DNA from: Lama guanicoe
Taxonomy: Eukaryota
Reading direction: 5' to 3'
NCBI GenBank assembly: GCA_013239625.1
Contig: MU057357.1
Location: forward strand, 10,486,505 to 10,550,504
DNA: 64,000 nt
Below, piece after piece: positions 21,437 through 33,330 of this stretch; position 1 is the stretch's first letter, and the number at the start of each line of letters is the position of its first letter. The position numbers and the translations under genes are program-made. The notes below the pieces were generated by a model. That model searched no databases and had not been told where the DNA came from. It was given only the letters and a program-made list of their open reading frames with translations.

Positions 21437-23847
21437 CTGTAGGACAGAAAAAAGTGAACAAAAAGAATTCAGGTAAATGTGTATAATACCAATAACTCTA
21501 ACACTATTATTTTATATTAAAGCTACTAGTTTCCCAGTGGACTTGTTTGCTATTAAGGCTTATTACATTGTCATATTCAACTCCTTTCTTCCCTAAATTT
21601 GAAGAAAACTAACAATAATATGTTAGGGCATTGGTATGTAGTGAACAATTATTTTTATAAGCAAAATTAAAAAAAAAAACAGGCGAGTTTACTGGGTTTA
21701 TTAAAGGTATTTGGCTAACAGACCATACAAAAGAGTTTTTTAATGAAAAGATTTAGATTATTACTTGCCTGGATGAAAAATCTAGTGTCTATAAAAATCT
21801 AGTGTCTATAAAATGAGCGGTTTCTCATATAGTTTTTTTCATTGAGAGGCTTTTATACATAACTTAAAAGAATTAGGTGGGAAGCTTTGCCTTATCAGAT
21901 ATATGTTTCCTCCTCACAAAATGTTAAGTATTTATAAGGAAAAATATATTAATTATAAGTTTATAGAAAATATCTTTTAATTGGTTTGTAATTTTATTTT
22001 GCACTGTACACAAATGTTGCACAGAGCCCATCATAGTGATTTCTTCTATGAGGGTTATGAACATATATCTCATTAAAAAATATATAATGTCATTGATGAT
22101 GATTATTGATATTTGTTTTTTTATATCCATAAATTATAGATGTAAAAATATGCTAGGTATAACCTAATTATAAAATTAATCTTTCAAAATCAGGAAATGA
22201 TAGTGTAAATCAAGAAAAAAAATACTAGTGTTTGAGTTCAAGAAATAAAAATCTGAGCTATAATTTTGAGATGATAGATTACTTTTTACCCAATTAAAAA
22301 ATACGTAGTTGAAAGCAAAAATAGTTTTGCTTATAGATAAGAAATTGCAACAGCTAACTACTGCACAGGTAGTCTTATTCCATGGACAGATTATATACTT
22401 AAAACATATGTTTACATTAAAAGAATTCTTAAAACGCACACTTCTGCAAAAGGCTATGCATTTTCAATAGAAAAAAAAGTGAGCACTTAAGTATGACATT
22501 GGTTCCTAGCAGTAAGATAACATTTTAACAAAGACTTAATTTGTTAACATGCACTCTGAATCGAATAAATTCAGCCTTACTTATTTTGTTTTCATATATT
22601 TTCATCATTTGTTCTTTGTTTATTAGTAAGAGAGCTTGTAATATTTACAAAAGGAAATATCTGTATTCCTCGATTTTCCCATTTACTGCTGCGCAGATTG
22701 GTGATTTGTTTTGCCAAAAAGAAAAAGAACAAGAAGACATCTCTGAGTTCTCTGTTTTATACTTTTTCCAGGAAAGTCAGATTTCTCCCTTTCTAAAGCA
22801 ACATTTTTCACCCTTGTACTTGATGGTTTACGTTATACTTGAAAAAAAAAAAGAATTAAAACAGATCAATTTCAGTTGCAAAAGTATTATTGATGGTATA
22901 GTTTTAAAATTGGAAGTGAAAAAAAAAAGGTGTTTCTCCCCAGGAAGAAGAAGGAATTTTAGATTCTGATAAAATAGACAGCAATTATTATCCACTCTAT
23001 TACTTTAATACAGGCGAGATCATTAGAGGGGACTGTGGGGGTAAGAAGAAAGCTGGGGCCTCACCTCAGGGGAGACTGCACAGCTGAGGTCCGTCTCTTT
23101 ATTACTTTCTTATTATTAATGCAACACAGAAGCTGCTAATGGGAGAGAGCCTTTTAGTGTTAGCAAGATTAGCAGCCTCTAGACAAAAGCTTCCCATCAC
23201 TCAGGAAACACACTAACACAACGGGAAGGTCCTTAATGAACAGTTAGAGCCACTTATGAGCAGCCCATCTTCTTTTGCGTAGAGATCCTTGGTCAGGGAT
23301 CTCCTGGAAGTAATCCAGGGCGTGAATTGGTCTAACTCAGCAAAACTAATAATATTTCTACTGGAAGTCACATTACATTTCTATCAAAGTTATATGTAGA
23401 CGCGAGATGTTTGGAAATTCTCCCATATGGAGAAGTATATCCAAAAGGAGCAGTAGCAATATCTCTATCAGTAAACATTCTGGGAATAGAATGACTTTAT
23501 GTGAAGCTATCTTCAATGAAAAATAAAGTAAAATCTTTCCATATTGCCTGAAGCACAGATTCGCATCTTTGTAATAAACAAATTAGTACACAGCTTTCAT
23601 TTAACCTTATAGACCAATGATTCTTAAATAGGGTTGGGCTCAGAAGCTCTGGTAGATTTGGTTTGTTGATTTATATACTGTTTTTAGCATAAAAGCCCTG
23701 GGAAATCCTAAGTGGCACTAAATTTGTAGGCTTGAAGCTTGGCTATGTAAACTCTCAGAAACACATCCCTGAGTAAGAATCTCTACCCTAAACAACACTG
23801 GGAAGACTTCATCTGTCCCGAGCATCCTCTGCAAGCCATGTCTAGCA

Positions 23848-24012
23848 CAGGGCTTCCGTCACTTCAAAGTGCACGGGAAACACCTGGCGATTTTGTTAAA
23901 ATCAAGGTTCTGATTCAGCAAGTGTGAGGAGGTGCCTGAGATTCTAAATTTCTTACAAGCTCCCAGAAACCGACGCTGCTGGTCCCCAGACCACATTTTG
24001 GGTAGTTTCCAG
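23848..24012. mobile_element. MER5-type hAT-Charlie MITE
   Basis: cacctggcgattttgttaaaatcaaggttctgattcagcaagt...cctgagattctaaatttcttacaagctcccag...gctgctggtccccagaccacattttg. Confidence 0.85.
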
Positions 24013-24019
24013 TATAGCA

Positions 24020-24270
24020 CTGTGTTTTTCAAACCACACTTCACAATTTATTAGTAGATAGTGAAATGGAGTTAGTGGGACACTATCAGCACTTTTGTAA
24101 ACGTGAAGCAGAATATACTAGAGCAGAAAACACAGAGTGCATCTTATTTAGCAAGTTTGGTTTTACTTTCTAATGCTGTTTTAGTTATACATATGTACAC
24201 CCATCCAAGATTGCAATGTAAATTTCATTTCTTACTAAAGGTCACAGCCACAAAAGCTTGAAAACCACTG
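24020..24270. mobile_element. hAT-Charlie-type non-autonomous element
   Basis: Terminal inverted repeats ctgtgtttttcaaac ... gcttgaaaaccactg, with 8-bp TSD-like flanks gtatagca / atttagca. Confidence 0.65.
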
Positions 24271-24664
24271 ATTTAGCACATGCTAGATGCTCGGCAAATG
24301 TGTGTTGAGTGGGATGGTTCCTTTTTCCTGTTCTTGTTATAGTCTCAGAAATAGGCAGGATCAGTGCTTAATTATTTGCATTCACCCACTGATTATACAG
24401 AAATAAAATTCATTCATCCTGAAGTATTATTTTAATCATGCCTTTGCACTTTAAGCCTTTTATTTTGAGCTGTGAAGTAAGAGAATTATTTCTCTTTATT
24501 CTATAAAAATTTAGGTTTCAGCATGTGATTGAGGGAAATTTGAGGGGCAAGAGAGGTGGAGCTCTTGAAAGCACATTACACCTAATACGCTACCCTATAG
24601 TTAAAACTGATTTAATTAATTCCTTTAAGAAGATTCTAGATTGGAGCGTTATGAGAGGTGATCA

Positions 24665-24758
24665 GGGTGGGGAATATAGCTCAGTGGTAAAGCATGTGCT
24701 TGGTGTGCATGAGGTCCTGGGTTTAATCCTCAGCGCGTCTGCTAAGTGGGAGGAAAAA
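24665..24758 (+). mobile_element. tRNA-Ala-derived camelid SINE, short-tailed copy
   Basis: gggtggggaatatagctcagtggtaaagcatgtgcttggtgtgcatgaggtcctgggtttaatcctcag. Confidence 0.85.
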
Positions 24759-25019
24759 GAGATGCTCAAATTACCTCTCGCTGAACTATCCCTGCACTGG
24801 TGGTTTCATCTGGGAAATGGTGACCAAAATTCCTTTATATTGACCTTGTTCTGGCCCAATTCAGGTCTTCGCAGTGGATGTGCCCGCGGGACCCAGTTTT
24901 CTTCCTAACTCACTGTAATGTCTCCTGGACCTCTTACAATATTCCTAACCTGTGTTATACTATTTCCAAAAACGTGGTGAATATGATGTTCAAACCCATA
25001 GTTATTCAGTGTCATTTAT

Positions 25020-25560
25020 TTGGTCAAAAATTCCACTAAAATCTACATTCAGTGAGGTGCTCAGATCTTAGGCATATCTTTCAATCAACTTTGAGGAATG
25101 GATACCAAGAGAAAGACAACTCCATCATCCCCGAGTGCTCCCTCACGCCCCTTCCCAGCCGTTTCCCTGCCACCAGTCTGTCTCTACACACAGGCAGATC
25201 AGCAACCTGATCTCTGTCAGCACAGACAAACTATTCCAGAACATCACATCAGTGGAAGCATACAATACCACAATTACTGTGTTCAGCTTCTTTCATTTGG
25301 CATCATAGTTTTTAAGATTAATTCGGGCAGTTGCCTGTATCAGTAGTTTGTTTCTTTTTATTGCTTGTTATTCAATTGAGTGAATATATCATAGCTTATT
25401 TATCCATGTTCTTGTTGAAGGACGTCCGGTTGTTTCCAGTTACTGGCTGGAAACAATAACTGAGTATCTACGAATAAAGCAGTTGTAAATATTCTTGTAA
25501 AAGACATCTTTGTGCACACGTCTTTCTCCTGGACAAATACCTAGCAGTGGGATTCTGATG
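25020..25560 (-). mobile_element. Old L1 (L1ME-like) 3' end
   Basis: ctattccagaacatcacatcagtggaagcatacaata...cttctttcatttggcatcatagtttttaagatt...gtatcagtagtttgtttctttttattgc...ggttgtttccagtt. Confidence 0.85.
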
Positions 25561-25579
25561 CCACACCAGCTTTGTTTTG

Positions 25580-26115
25580 CTTTTTGTTTCTATCTTTTTA
25601 ACTTTCAACCTGTTTGTTAACTTACGTCTAAAGTGTGCTTCTTGTAAACAATACATAGTTGGATCTTGCTTTTTTATTTAGTATGAATATGTCATAATTT
25701 AATCAGGGTATTTAGTCCATTTATTTTAATGTAATTAATTGATATGTTTGGTTTCAAATTTACCAACTTGGTGTTTGATTCATATTTGGCCAATCTTCTT
25801 GTTTTCCTCTGTTCCCTTTATTGTCTTTTTTTTTTCTTTAGGTGAATCAGATTCTACTATATGTATTTCATCTTATCTCTTCTAATAATTTTTTTTGGTT
25901 ATACTTTTTGGGTTATTATTTTGGTGGCTGCTTTAAGGATTAGAATATACAACTTTAAATGATACTAATCCATGCTTCATGAGCAATTTTAAAAACTGTA
26001 TAACAATATATTTTTAATTATGATAGTCCACTCTTTGCATTCTTACTGTCATATGTCATACTTCTACCTATGCTATAAAACTAATGTTCCTTTTAAAAAA
26101 TCAGTTTTACTTTAA
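25580..26115 (-). mobile_element. Old L1 inter-ORF region and ORF2 endonuclease start
   Basis: ORF 25468-25656 begins MYCLQEAHFRRKLTNRLKVK, similar to L1 EN ICCLQETHF...NRLKVKG; also tttagtccatttattttaatgtaatt. Confidence 0.8.
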
Positions 26116-26291
26116 ACAGCCATCCTACTCTGATTTCAAAGGCAAAAAGCCAGAGATGTCAGTACTAAAGGAGACTCCTGTCTGTCATCATTAAATGATT
26201 ATTTGACTTCTGACCGGCATCTGCTCTAAGTTTTCAAGACTTATCTGTAGTCTCACATTCTCCATCAAAGGCACTACTGGCATAGGACACT

Positions 26292-26646
26292 TATAGTAGA
26301 TTGAATTATTTTCTCAGTAAAAGGATTATGTGTTCTGCTCCACAGCCAAATGACTTGAAGTTCCATGATATCGCTGATGGACTTCTGACTTGCTTTTGCC
26401 ATTGAAATGTCAGTGAAAGTAAGAAGCTATATAAAAGCCAACATGTAGATTTCTACATTCTTGTTCATTCCCTTTGCATAAAAAGGACACAGTCCAGAAT
26501 AGGAGCTATTTCTTCAACCAATCCCAGAATGAGAAGATAGACTGACCACAGCCATGGGAGCAGGAATTATGTCATTGATGCTGCAAACTCTGAGGTTTTG
26601 AGGTCACTTGCAATTATAGCTTTACCTAGTGAAAGATGGCTAATAA
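26292..26646 (+). mobile_element. Old MaLR LTR (MLT1I/J-like)
   Basis: gacttgcttttgccattgaaatgtcagtgaaagt...ccagaataggagcta...tcccagaatgagaaga...ctgaggttttgaggt...ggctaata. Confidence 0.65.
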
Positions 26647-28779
26647 AATATGAATTAATGTTATTAATAAATTCTAAAGAAACATTTTCACATCATTCTC
26701 CAGACCTCAGATTTTGGTAGCATTACTTATCTACACAACCCTAGATCCATTTTTAATTTTCTCCAAATCTACCTTCATACTTTTACTATTTCTTTTCTAT
26801 ACCAGTGTATATTCTACAATAGTTAAAGCATGTTTCTTCTACTACATTTTCATTTTTTCCCAACATAACTCAGTCTATGCTTGGTTCCCATTTTCTTCAT
26901 GTGGCTTTAGCACATGGCTTTGGCAGATATATTAACTGGCCCATTTAAATTAGGCACAGTGTACACATTAAACATAGTATAAATATGCATAAATAGAAAC
27001 CTCCATGTGCATCAAGTCTGAAATAAAGAAGGTGGTCCCTGAAACAATCCAATTGTATCAATAGAAAAAAATGAGGCATCTAAGCTTAATTAGGATTCTT
27101 GGATACTGGTTCTATATTCATTTAAATTATTACAAAGTTGAAAAAAATTTACACAAATTTTATACAGACCTTAATCTGAAGTTTTCAGAGTTTAGAGTGT
27201 ATTTTTTCCTTTGTATTTTAAAGTCAATATCATTCTAGTAGTTGGTGTTTTTTGTTTTTGTTTTTTAAATCGGTAAGATGACAGAGTAATTCTAGGTAGG
27301 CATGTATTATTTTTTCTGCTTTATTTACATAGATAAAGGATTTGTCGGTGATATCATTCAGCCCATCTGCTGTAACTAGAATTACTTTGATTATCAAATT
27401 ATAAACAGCAATTTTTCTTTCTGAATATCTTGCATAAATTCCTATCTCATTATCACTAAAAACTGGACTTTGAGTTTATCGTCCAATGATGGAAACATTT
27501 CACTTAAAGAACAGAAAGAAAATTTTAAATCAAAACTCTCCATTCTGTTCTTTAATTGGTACAACTTGTCTGTTGCGCCTTTGTATGCCACATTTACGTC
27601 TCACATGCCTCTCCCACACGTAAGTTGAATTTAAATGATGGAAGCTGCTGACAGCTCCTAGAGGCTCAGACAAGTCTAAGCTGCTGTTTTTGAGCCATGG
27701 TCTTGTATTCTTCTACCAACATTTCCCTAGAAACCTCGATACGACTTAAAAGGAAAATAAGAATAAGAAATCCTTTCTCTTTATTGATATTGTAATGTGA
27801 GAATATTTGTCATATGAATAATAATTACACTGTTGCATCATATTATTGAAATACTAATACAAGAGAAGTAGCATTCTGGTCTGCAGTTTACAAAACTAAC
27901 ACAGATTAATTCTGTATGTGTATCAGTGCCATAATGCAGTAAGATGTGTTCATTATCTTGGTTTCTTTTTAATTAAAAGAAGTACAAATCCACCAATAAT
28001 TTTAAGTTTTTAAATGATTTAAATGCTAAAAAAAAAAAACTAAAGAAAGGGTGAAATTATACTTATGCATAATGGTTTAAAATTCTAAAGACCTCTTGAA
28101 AAGTCTAGGAACCAAGTTCATGACTGAACAAATGAAATTTTATATTAAATACTCAAAAGAAGAGATCATTACAGAAAATTTAATTTTTCATAATTAGGCT
28201 AGTTTGCTAGAGCTTGACAAAGCTTCTTTAGAAATCACATATAATTTATCATCTGCACAACTAAAAATAATCTAAGAGATTAATACAATGCTATTGTGTT
28301 GAGGCACAATTCTATTGTCATCATTTAAGTCTGATTTCACTCAGTCCCATCTGAATTAGAACTGAAGATAGTTGATTAATAAAAGAAAAAAGAGACTGAA
28401 GTAAGGAAAGAAGAAATGAAAGAAGGAAGGATAGAAAGAAAGAAGAAACAAATCTTATTCACCTTGATATCACGTGTGGCAGAATTCATCAGAGCAAGTT
28501 ACTATGTCAGATTTCATGAAACTCTATTGTATTAATCATATGATAATTATAGGCAAAAATACTTGTATTAGTCTCAGTATAATTAATTTGTATTATTTTA
28601 TGTAATTCACATAAATAATTAAAAATTTTTCCTCATTAAATGCTTAAAAGGTGAGAAATTTATTTTTTATTGGTAAATGATGAACATTGACTTGGGCTGC
28701 ATGAGCTCCTGCCAAACAAGATGGGTACCAAGTTCCAATTAGAGGAACTAAGAAAAGATTAAGAGTTAGTAAATGGAAA

Positions 28780-29250
28780 TAGTAAATGTAGGTGATATCT
28801 TTGCACAGATTTGCTGATGAGGAGAACAGAGAATGAGGCATTAATTGGAAAAGGATGTAGGGTGAGGAAACGGGTTTTTATGGAAGGATGAAGGTGAGGC
28901 ATGAAGGTAATACTGAGAGAAATGATGGAGCAGAAAGGAACAAATTTATGCAGGAGAGAAAGGGGATAATCACAGAAGCAATGTTCTTGAGAAGGGATGA
29001 GCTTACACACAGGGGTAGCAGTTGGTCTTAGCGGTACAAACATGTCTTCTACTCTAGGAGGGCTGTTGGAGTATGTGGGTACAGATGCAGAAAGGAGGTG
29101 ACACTGGAAAGGGAAGGATGAAATAGATCTCCCCTGGTTGTATTTATTGCCTGTACCAAACTTGTACTGAAAAGAAAGGTCACCAGTTGCGAGGATGTGA
29201 TGAGAGGAGAGAAGGTGTAAAATAACACAGGACAGTGAACGTGATGAAGA
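28780..29250 (-). mobile_element. L2 fragment
   Basis: Purine-rich gaaaaggatgtagggtgaggaaacgggtttt...gttcttgagaagggatgagc...tgtgggtacagatgcag resembles antisense L2c. Confidence 0.55.
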
Positions 29251-29465
29251 AAGACCAACATTGTTCTAAGTTTTTTTTTTTAACACTAATTTGTTGCTTT
29301 CCAACTTTGTATTTAATTCTTACTGTTAGCAAATCTCTGGTGAATAAAGATATAGCTTTATTAACTTGTACCTCGGCATGTCATTAGTACATGACTTTTG
29401 GTGTTGATAACTTAAATTTTGTGAGAGTTTCATTTGAATCATCAAATAAAGACTAAATTTTTCCA

Positions 29466-29600
29466 TCAATATCTTGCAGTAACCTATAATGAAAAAGAAT
29501 ATGCTAAGGAATAGATGTATGCATATGTATGACTAAAACATTATGCTGTACACCAGAAATTGACACATTGTAAACTGACTACACTTCAATTAAAAAAAAA
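29466..29600 (+). mobile_element. 5'-truncated camelid-type L1 3' end with TSD
   Basis: tcaatatcttgcagtaacctataatgaaaaagaatatg...gctgtacaccagaaattgacacattgtaaactgactacacttcaattaaaaaaa. TSD aaagactaaatt at 29448-29459 and 29600-29611. Confidence 0.9.
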
Positions 29601-29889
29601 AAGACTAAATTGCCAATAGAGTCAACTCTAACCTACTTAATGTTTGTTTTGGTAGCTGGGCTTTGCAATCTGGTGACAACTTACATGTCATATCTCTCCT
29701 ATTTTCCCATTTCACCACCACAGTTCTAGTTCAGATCCTCAGCCTACTTGCTTAGGCTTCTAACTCCCTGATCTCTGCACTTGCAAACTTGCCTCTCTGA
29801 AATAGGTCTCCCATGTATCTCATTAAAATGCAAATCGGATCATGCCATTTAAAATTGAAAATGACATGCAGTAATCTAAAGGCAGTTAC

Positions 29890-30045
29890 GTGTTCAGGCC
29901 TAATGCTAGGAGCGCTGGATTTGAGTTGCCCAGATCTTTCTTGATCCCCAGATTTCCTATTTGTAAAATGAGATGCTCGCCCTGCTTAGCTCACAGGCTG
30001 TGGTGAAGATTAAACAGGAAGATGTGTGAAAGTGCTTTGTACTCT
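29890..30045 (+). mobile_element. MIR fragment
   Basis: cagatttcctatttgtaaaatgagatg...ctcacaggctgtggtgaagattaaacaggaagatgtgtgaaagtgctttgta. Confidence 0.75.
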
Positions 30046-32214
30046 CTCAACTGCTCCTCCACCCTAAGGTGTTCACACTAAGAAAGTGTTAAAATTGAAG
30101 TAAAGTCATTATTTTATTCCAAGGAAGAAGGGTCTTTGAAGGAAGTCCAAGGCTGAGCATCACACATGTGAATTTTTGGCCCTTGAGGGTGGCCTTATAA
30201 TGATATTGAAGTTGATGTCTTGGAGGCAGCAGGGAATAAGAATCACAAAACATAACAAAATGAGAAATAAAAATGTTGAGAAACTTAGAGAGGAAGTCTT
30301 GCACCAAAACATCCTCACTTACTTTCTTATATTAAGGGGTAGAAGGATTGAGGGAGGAGCAGGTAAGAAGTGGATGAGAAATCTTCACTAGACAGCCTCA
30401 GAAATTGTCCACAGAGCTCTAGGCTCTGTGCTCTAGTACAGTGGTCTTGGAACAAAGAAAGTATGAAAGTGATAACTTCTGTTCTTATTGATGAAGACAA
30501 GAATAAAATAAGAACTCAATCTTTCTTTTTTTCTATTTGTCTGCTATGGGCATTGGTTTTCACTATAAACCTGAGAAACACGCCAAATCTAAAGGAGACT
30601 GAAAAATATAATTTATAAAGCTCAAAACTTGTTTAAATGTATAACTTATGGATATAAGTAGGCCAATGAAATAAAAGAGCAGCAGTAATAATGAAGCTGA
30701 TTTTAAGAGGTCAGGGCATTTTATAGACTTGGTAGTTGTAGCAATAATTTTTCTGAATTGTCTATAATATTTCCAACCTATTTTTGCTATTGAAGGTCCA
30801 GTCCCTAATTTCTGGAATCACGATAACCAAGATACTTGGAAGAGAGTCAGGGCTGGAATTCAGTGTTTGTGATTAGTTTCCGTCTTGTGTTAGATATGAC
30901 CACACTCCTGGTCCACCCCAGCCTGTGCTGTATTGAGAGATCCTGTTTATCTCTACAAGTTCCCTGTGCCTATTGGCTCCAGTTGATGGAGTTTGGTTAC
31001 TTTTGTGATTCCCTTTTCCAGTTACAGTTGCCTCTCTAACTCTGGTTTCATCCCTAACTTATTGCCTATACCCTCGTACCTTTGAAGAGTTTTCTTGTGA
31101 TGCTGCATCTTGGAATCGGCCCTCACTAGCACCAAGTAAGCCTGGCCCCACTATCCTCGACTTCACTCCCTCCCAGAACAAGAGCTTTCACCGACATTAT
31201 TTCAAGTCAACATAAACAAAGGGACGCAAGATGAAAAAGAAAAAATGTATACTCAAAAGTAAGAATTAAAAAGTCCAAGTTATCCAACCTGAAGTGTAAA
31301 AGAAGACATGAACATCTTCCACAAAATGGAAAAAGAAGAAAGAAAACTCAAAACCAAACCAAACCCACAAAATGGTCTAAGGAAGCTGAAGAGCTGGAAT
31401 AGGTTGGAAAGTGACTTCAAGCTAATCAATATGTCTACTTACAGAACCGTTAGCTCAGGCTAAAACTGGAAAGAGGAAATAATAAATAATTGTGGAAAGG
31501 ACATCTAGATTTCTAAAAGTTGCATGAGATTTTAGAGAAATTTTTGTCACCATTAGATTGCCAAGGATGTTGAGAGATAAATGGAAAGAGATAAATTTTT
31601 AAAATTTAACAGTGTTCTATTTGCAATTTCATAATGAGACCAATTTTCTGAACTTTAGGTTTTTAAACTCAAATCATTTTCATTTATAGCTTCATCAAGA
31701 TTCATGGACCTTTCATTTTTAAACACCTTACATCTGAATTATAAGATAATTGGAACTAAATTAATCTCCTTGTTTTTCTAGATTTTGGGGAAAAAAAATC
31801 CTTCAAGTTTTGAGGAAAGTTGCTGGTCAGCCTAAACCATAAAGATTTATGTTTCACGAGGACTGTAGCTTCTTACTTCTGCTTAGTGTTTGTTTTAAAA
31901 ATTAGAATATTGAAGGACATATAAACTAAAATTCCCAGGCACAGAAATATGATTTAATGTTGTGAATAAGTAAAAACATATTGATGAATGTAATAAAACT
32001 AAGAACGAAACATTTTAAAAGATCAAGACATTTGTATTATTATAACCTTATGGGTTTCATTTAAGGAATTACTAACAAAATAAAAAAAATTATATTTTTG
32101 TAAAGCTTTGCTGTTGTTTGTTTAATTTAGTCAATGAAGTATTTCTCATGACTACGAAATATTGGTCAATATACAAACTTGAATGATACTTTAAAAACAC
32201 AAATCTTGGTTATG

Positions 32215-32680
32215 TTCAGTTCAAAATTTCCCTATTACCTTCAGGATAAAAATCTACAATCTTTATCATTGTAATCAAAGTCTTTCATGATTTGCCCCAA
32301 CCTACCACCTCACCTTCATCTCTGGCACCCCTGGCATGGTCTTTATGGTGACAGCTACTTGTCACTTCGCTGATGTGACATGCTGTTTCCACTGCCTATA
32401 ATGGCATGTCCATGGCTAATTCTGATTCTAACTTGAAGATTTAGCTGTAACATCACACCATTCAGGAAAGATATTCCATGTTCCACGTTTGTCCTTCATC
32501 CCTGGGCTCTGTTGGGCTCTTGATTTGTGACCCCACACAGTCTTAGAACTCATCACATTGTAGAGGTTATCTAGAGGTTGCCTGATTCTTCTGTTGTCCT
32601 GGGAATTCTTCAAAGACAACACATATGTCCCACTTGCTTTTATGTCCATTCTTAGCACAGAGCTTGGGAGATGATGGAAA
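32215..32680 (+). mobile_element. L2 3' region
   Basis: tccctattaccttcaggataaaaatctaca...tcatgatttgcccca...cttagcacagagcttgg. Confidence 0.6.
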
Positions 32681-32869
32681 GCAGTGGTCGGAGAGGGGAG
32701 TTTTAGAATTCCAGATCTTTGCGTGGTAGCAGTTAGGTAGTAACAAGGTATGACCACATTTCCAGGCAGCTAAACTGAGGTTGAGGAGCTGCAGAGCCAT
32801 GGGGCCAGTGTTGAGAAGACACGTCGGGTACACCCTTGGTAGCTATTAATGTCATGCATTAAAATGTCC

Positions 32870-33330
32870 AGGCTCAGGGCTGGATTGCATTTCCTGGATG
32901 CCCTGTGGTCGAACAGGCCATGTAACTAGTTCTGGCTAATGAGTTGCTGAGTGGAAGTGACACGAGTCAGTTCAGGCTAGAGGATTTAATTGCTGGTTGG
33001 AGACCTCTTACTATTGAAGAGTGCCTGAGATGGCAGGAAAGGAGGCCAAAAAAGGAGGCTATCACAGGAGTAGAGTAAACAGTGGAACACAGATGTGGCA
33101 TGGATGGATTGAGGGCGGGTGTAAAGTCAGTGTTCAAGACAGCTGCTCCATCTGTCCAGGCCCCTGAGTGACAGCAGGGGGCAGTGCCAGCTGCCCTCAC
33201 TTAGCATCTCACCCAGCCAACCTGCAGTGAACATGTAGTGAGAATGATAAATAAATCCTGATTCTTTGACATCACTATGTTTTGGGGATATTTGTTACTA
33301 CTGCATAATCTTGCATAACCTGGCATAACC
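32870..33330 (+). mobile_element. MaLR LTR (MLT1J-like)
   Basis: tgcatttcctggatgccct...ggccatgtaactagttctggctaatgag...gtggaagtgac...aacatgtagtgagaatgataaataaa...ttttggggatatttgttactactgcataa. Confidence 0.8.

Noticed and set aside
22541-22969. 142-aa ORF near the exon
   Set aside because: Non-ATG start, AT-rich low-complexity codons with poly-A lysine runs, no recognisable domain.
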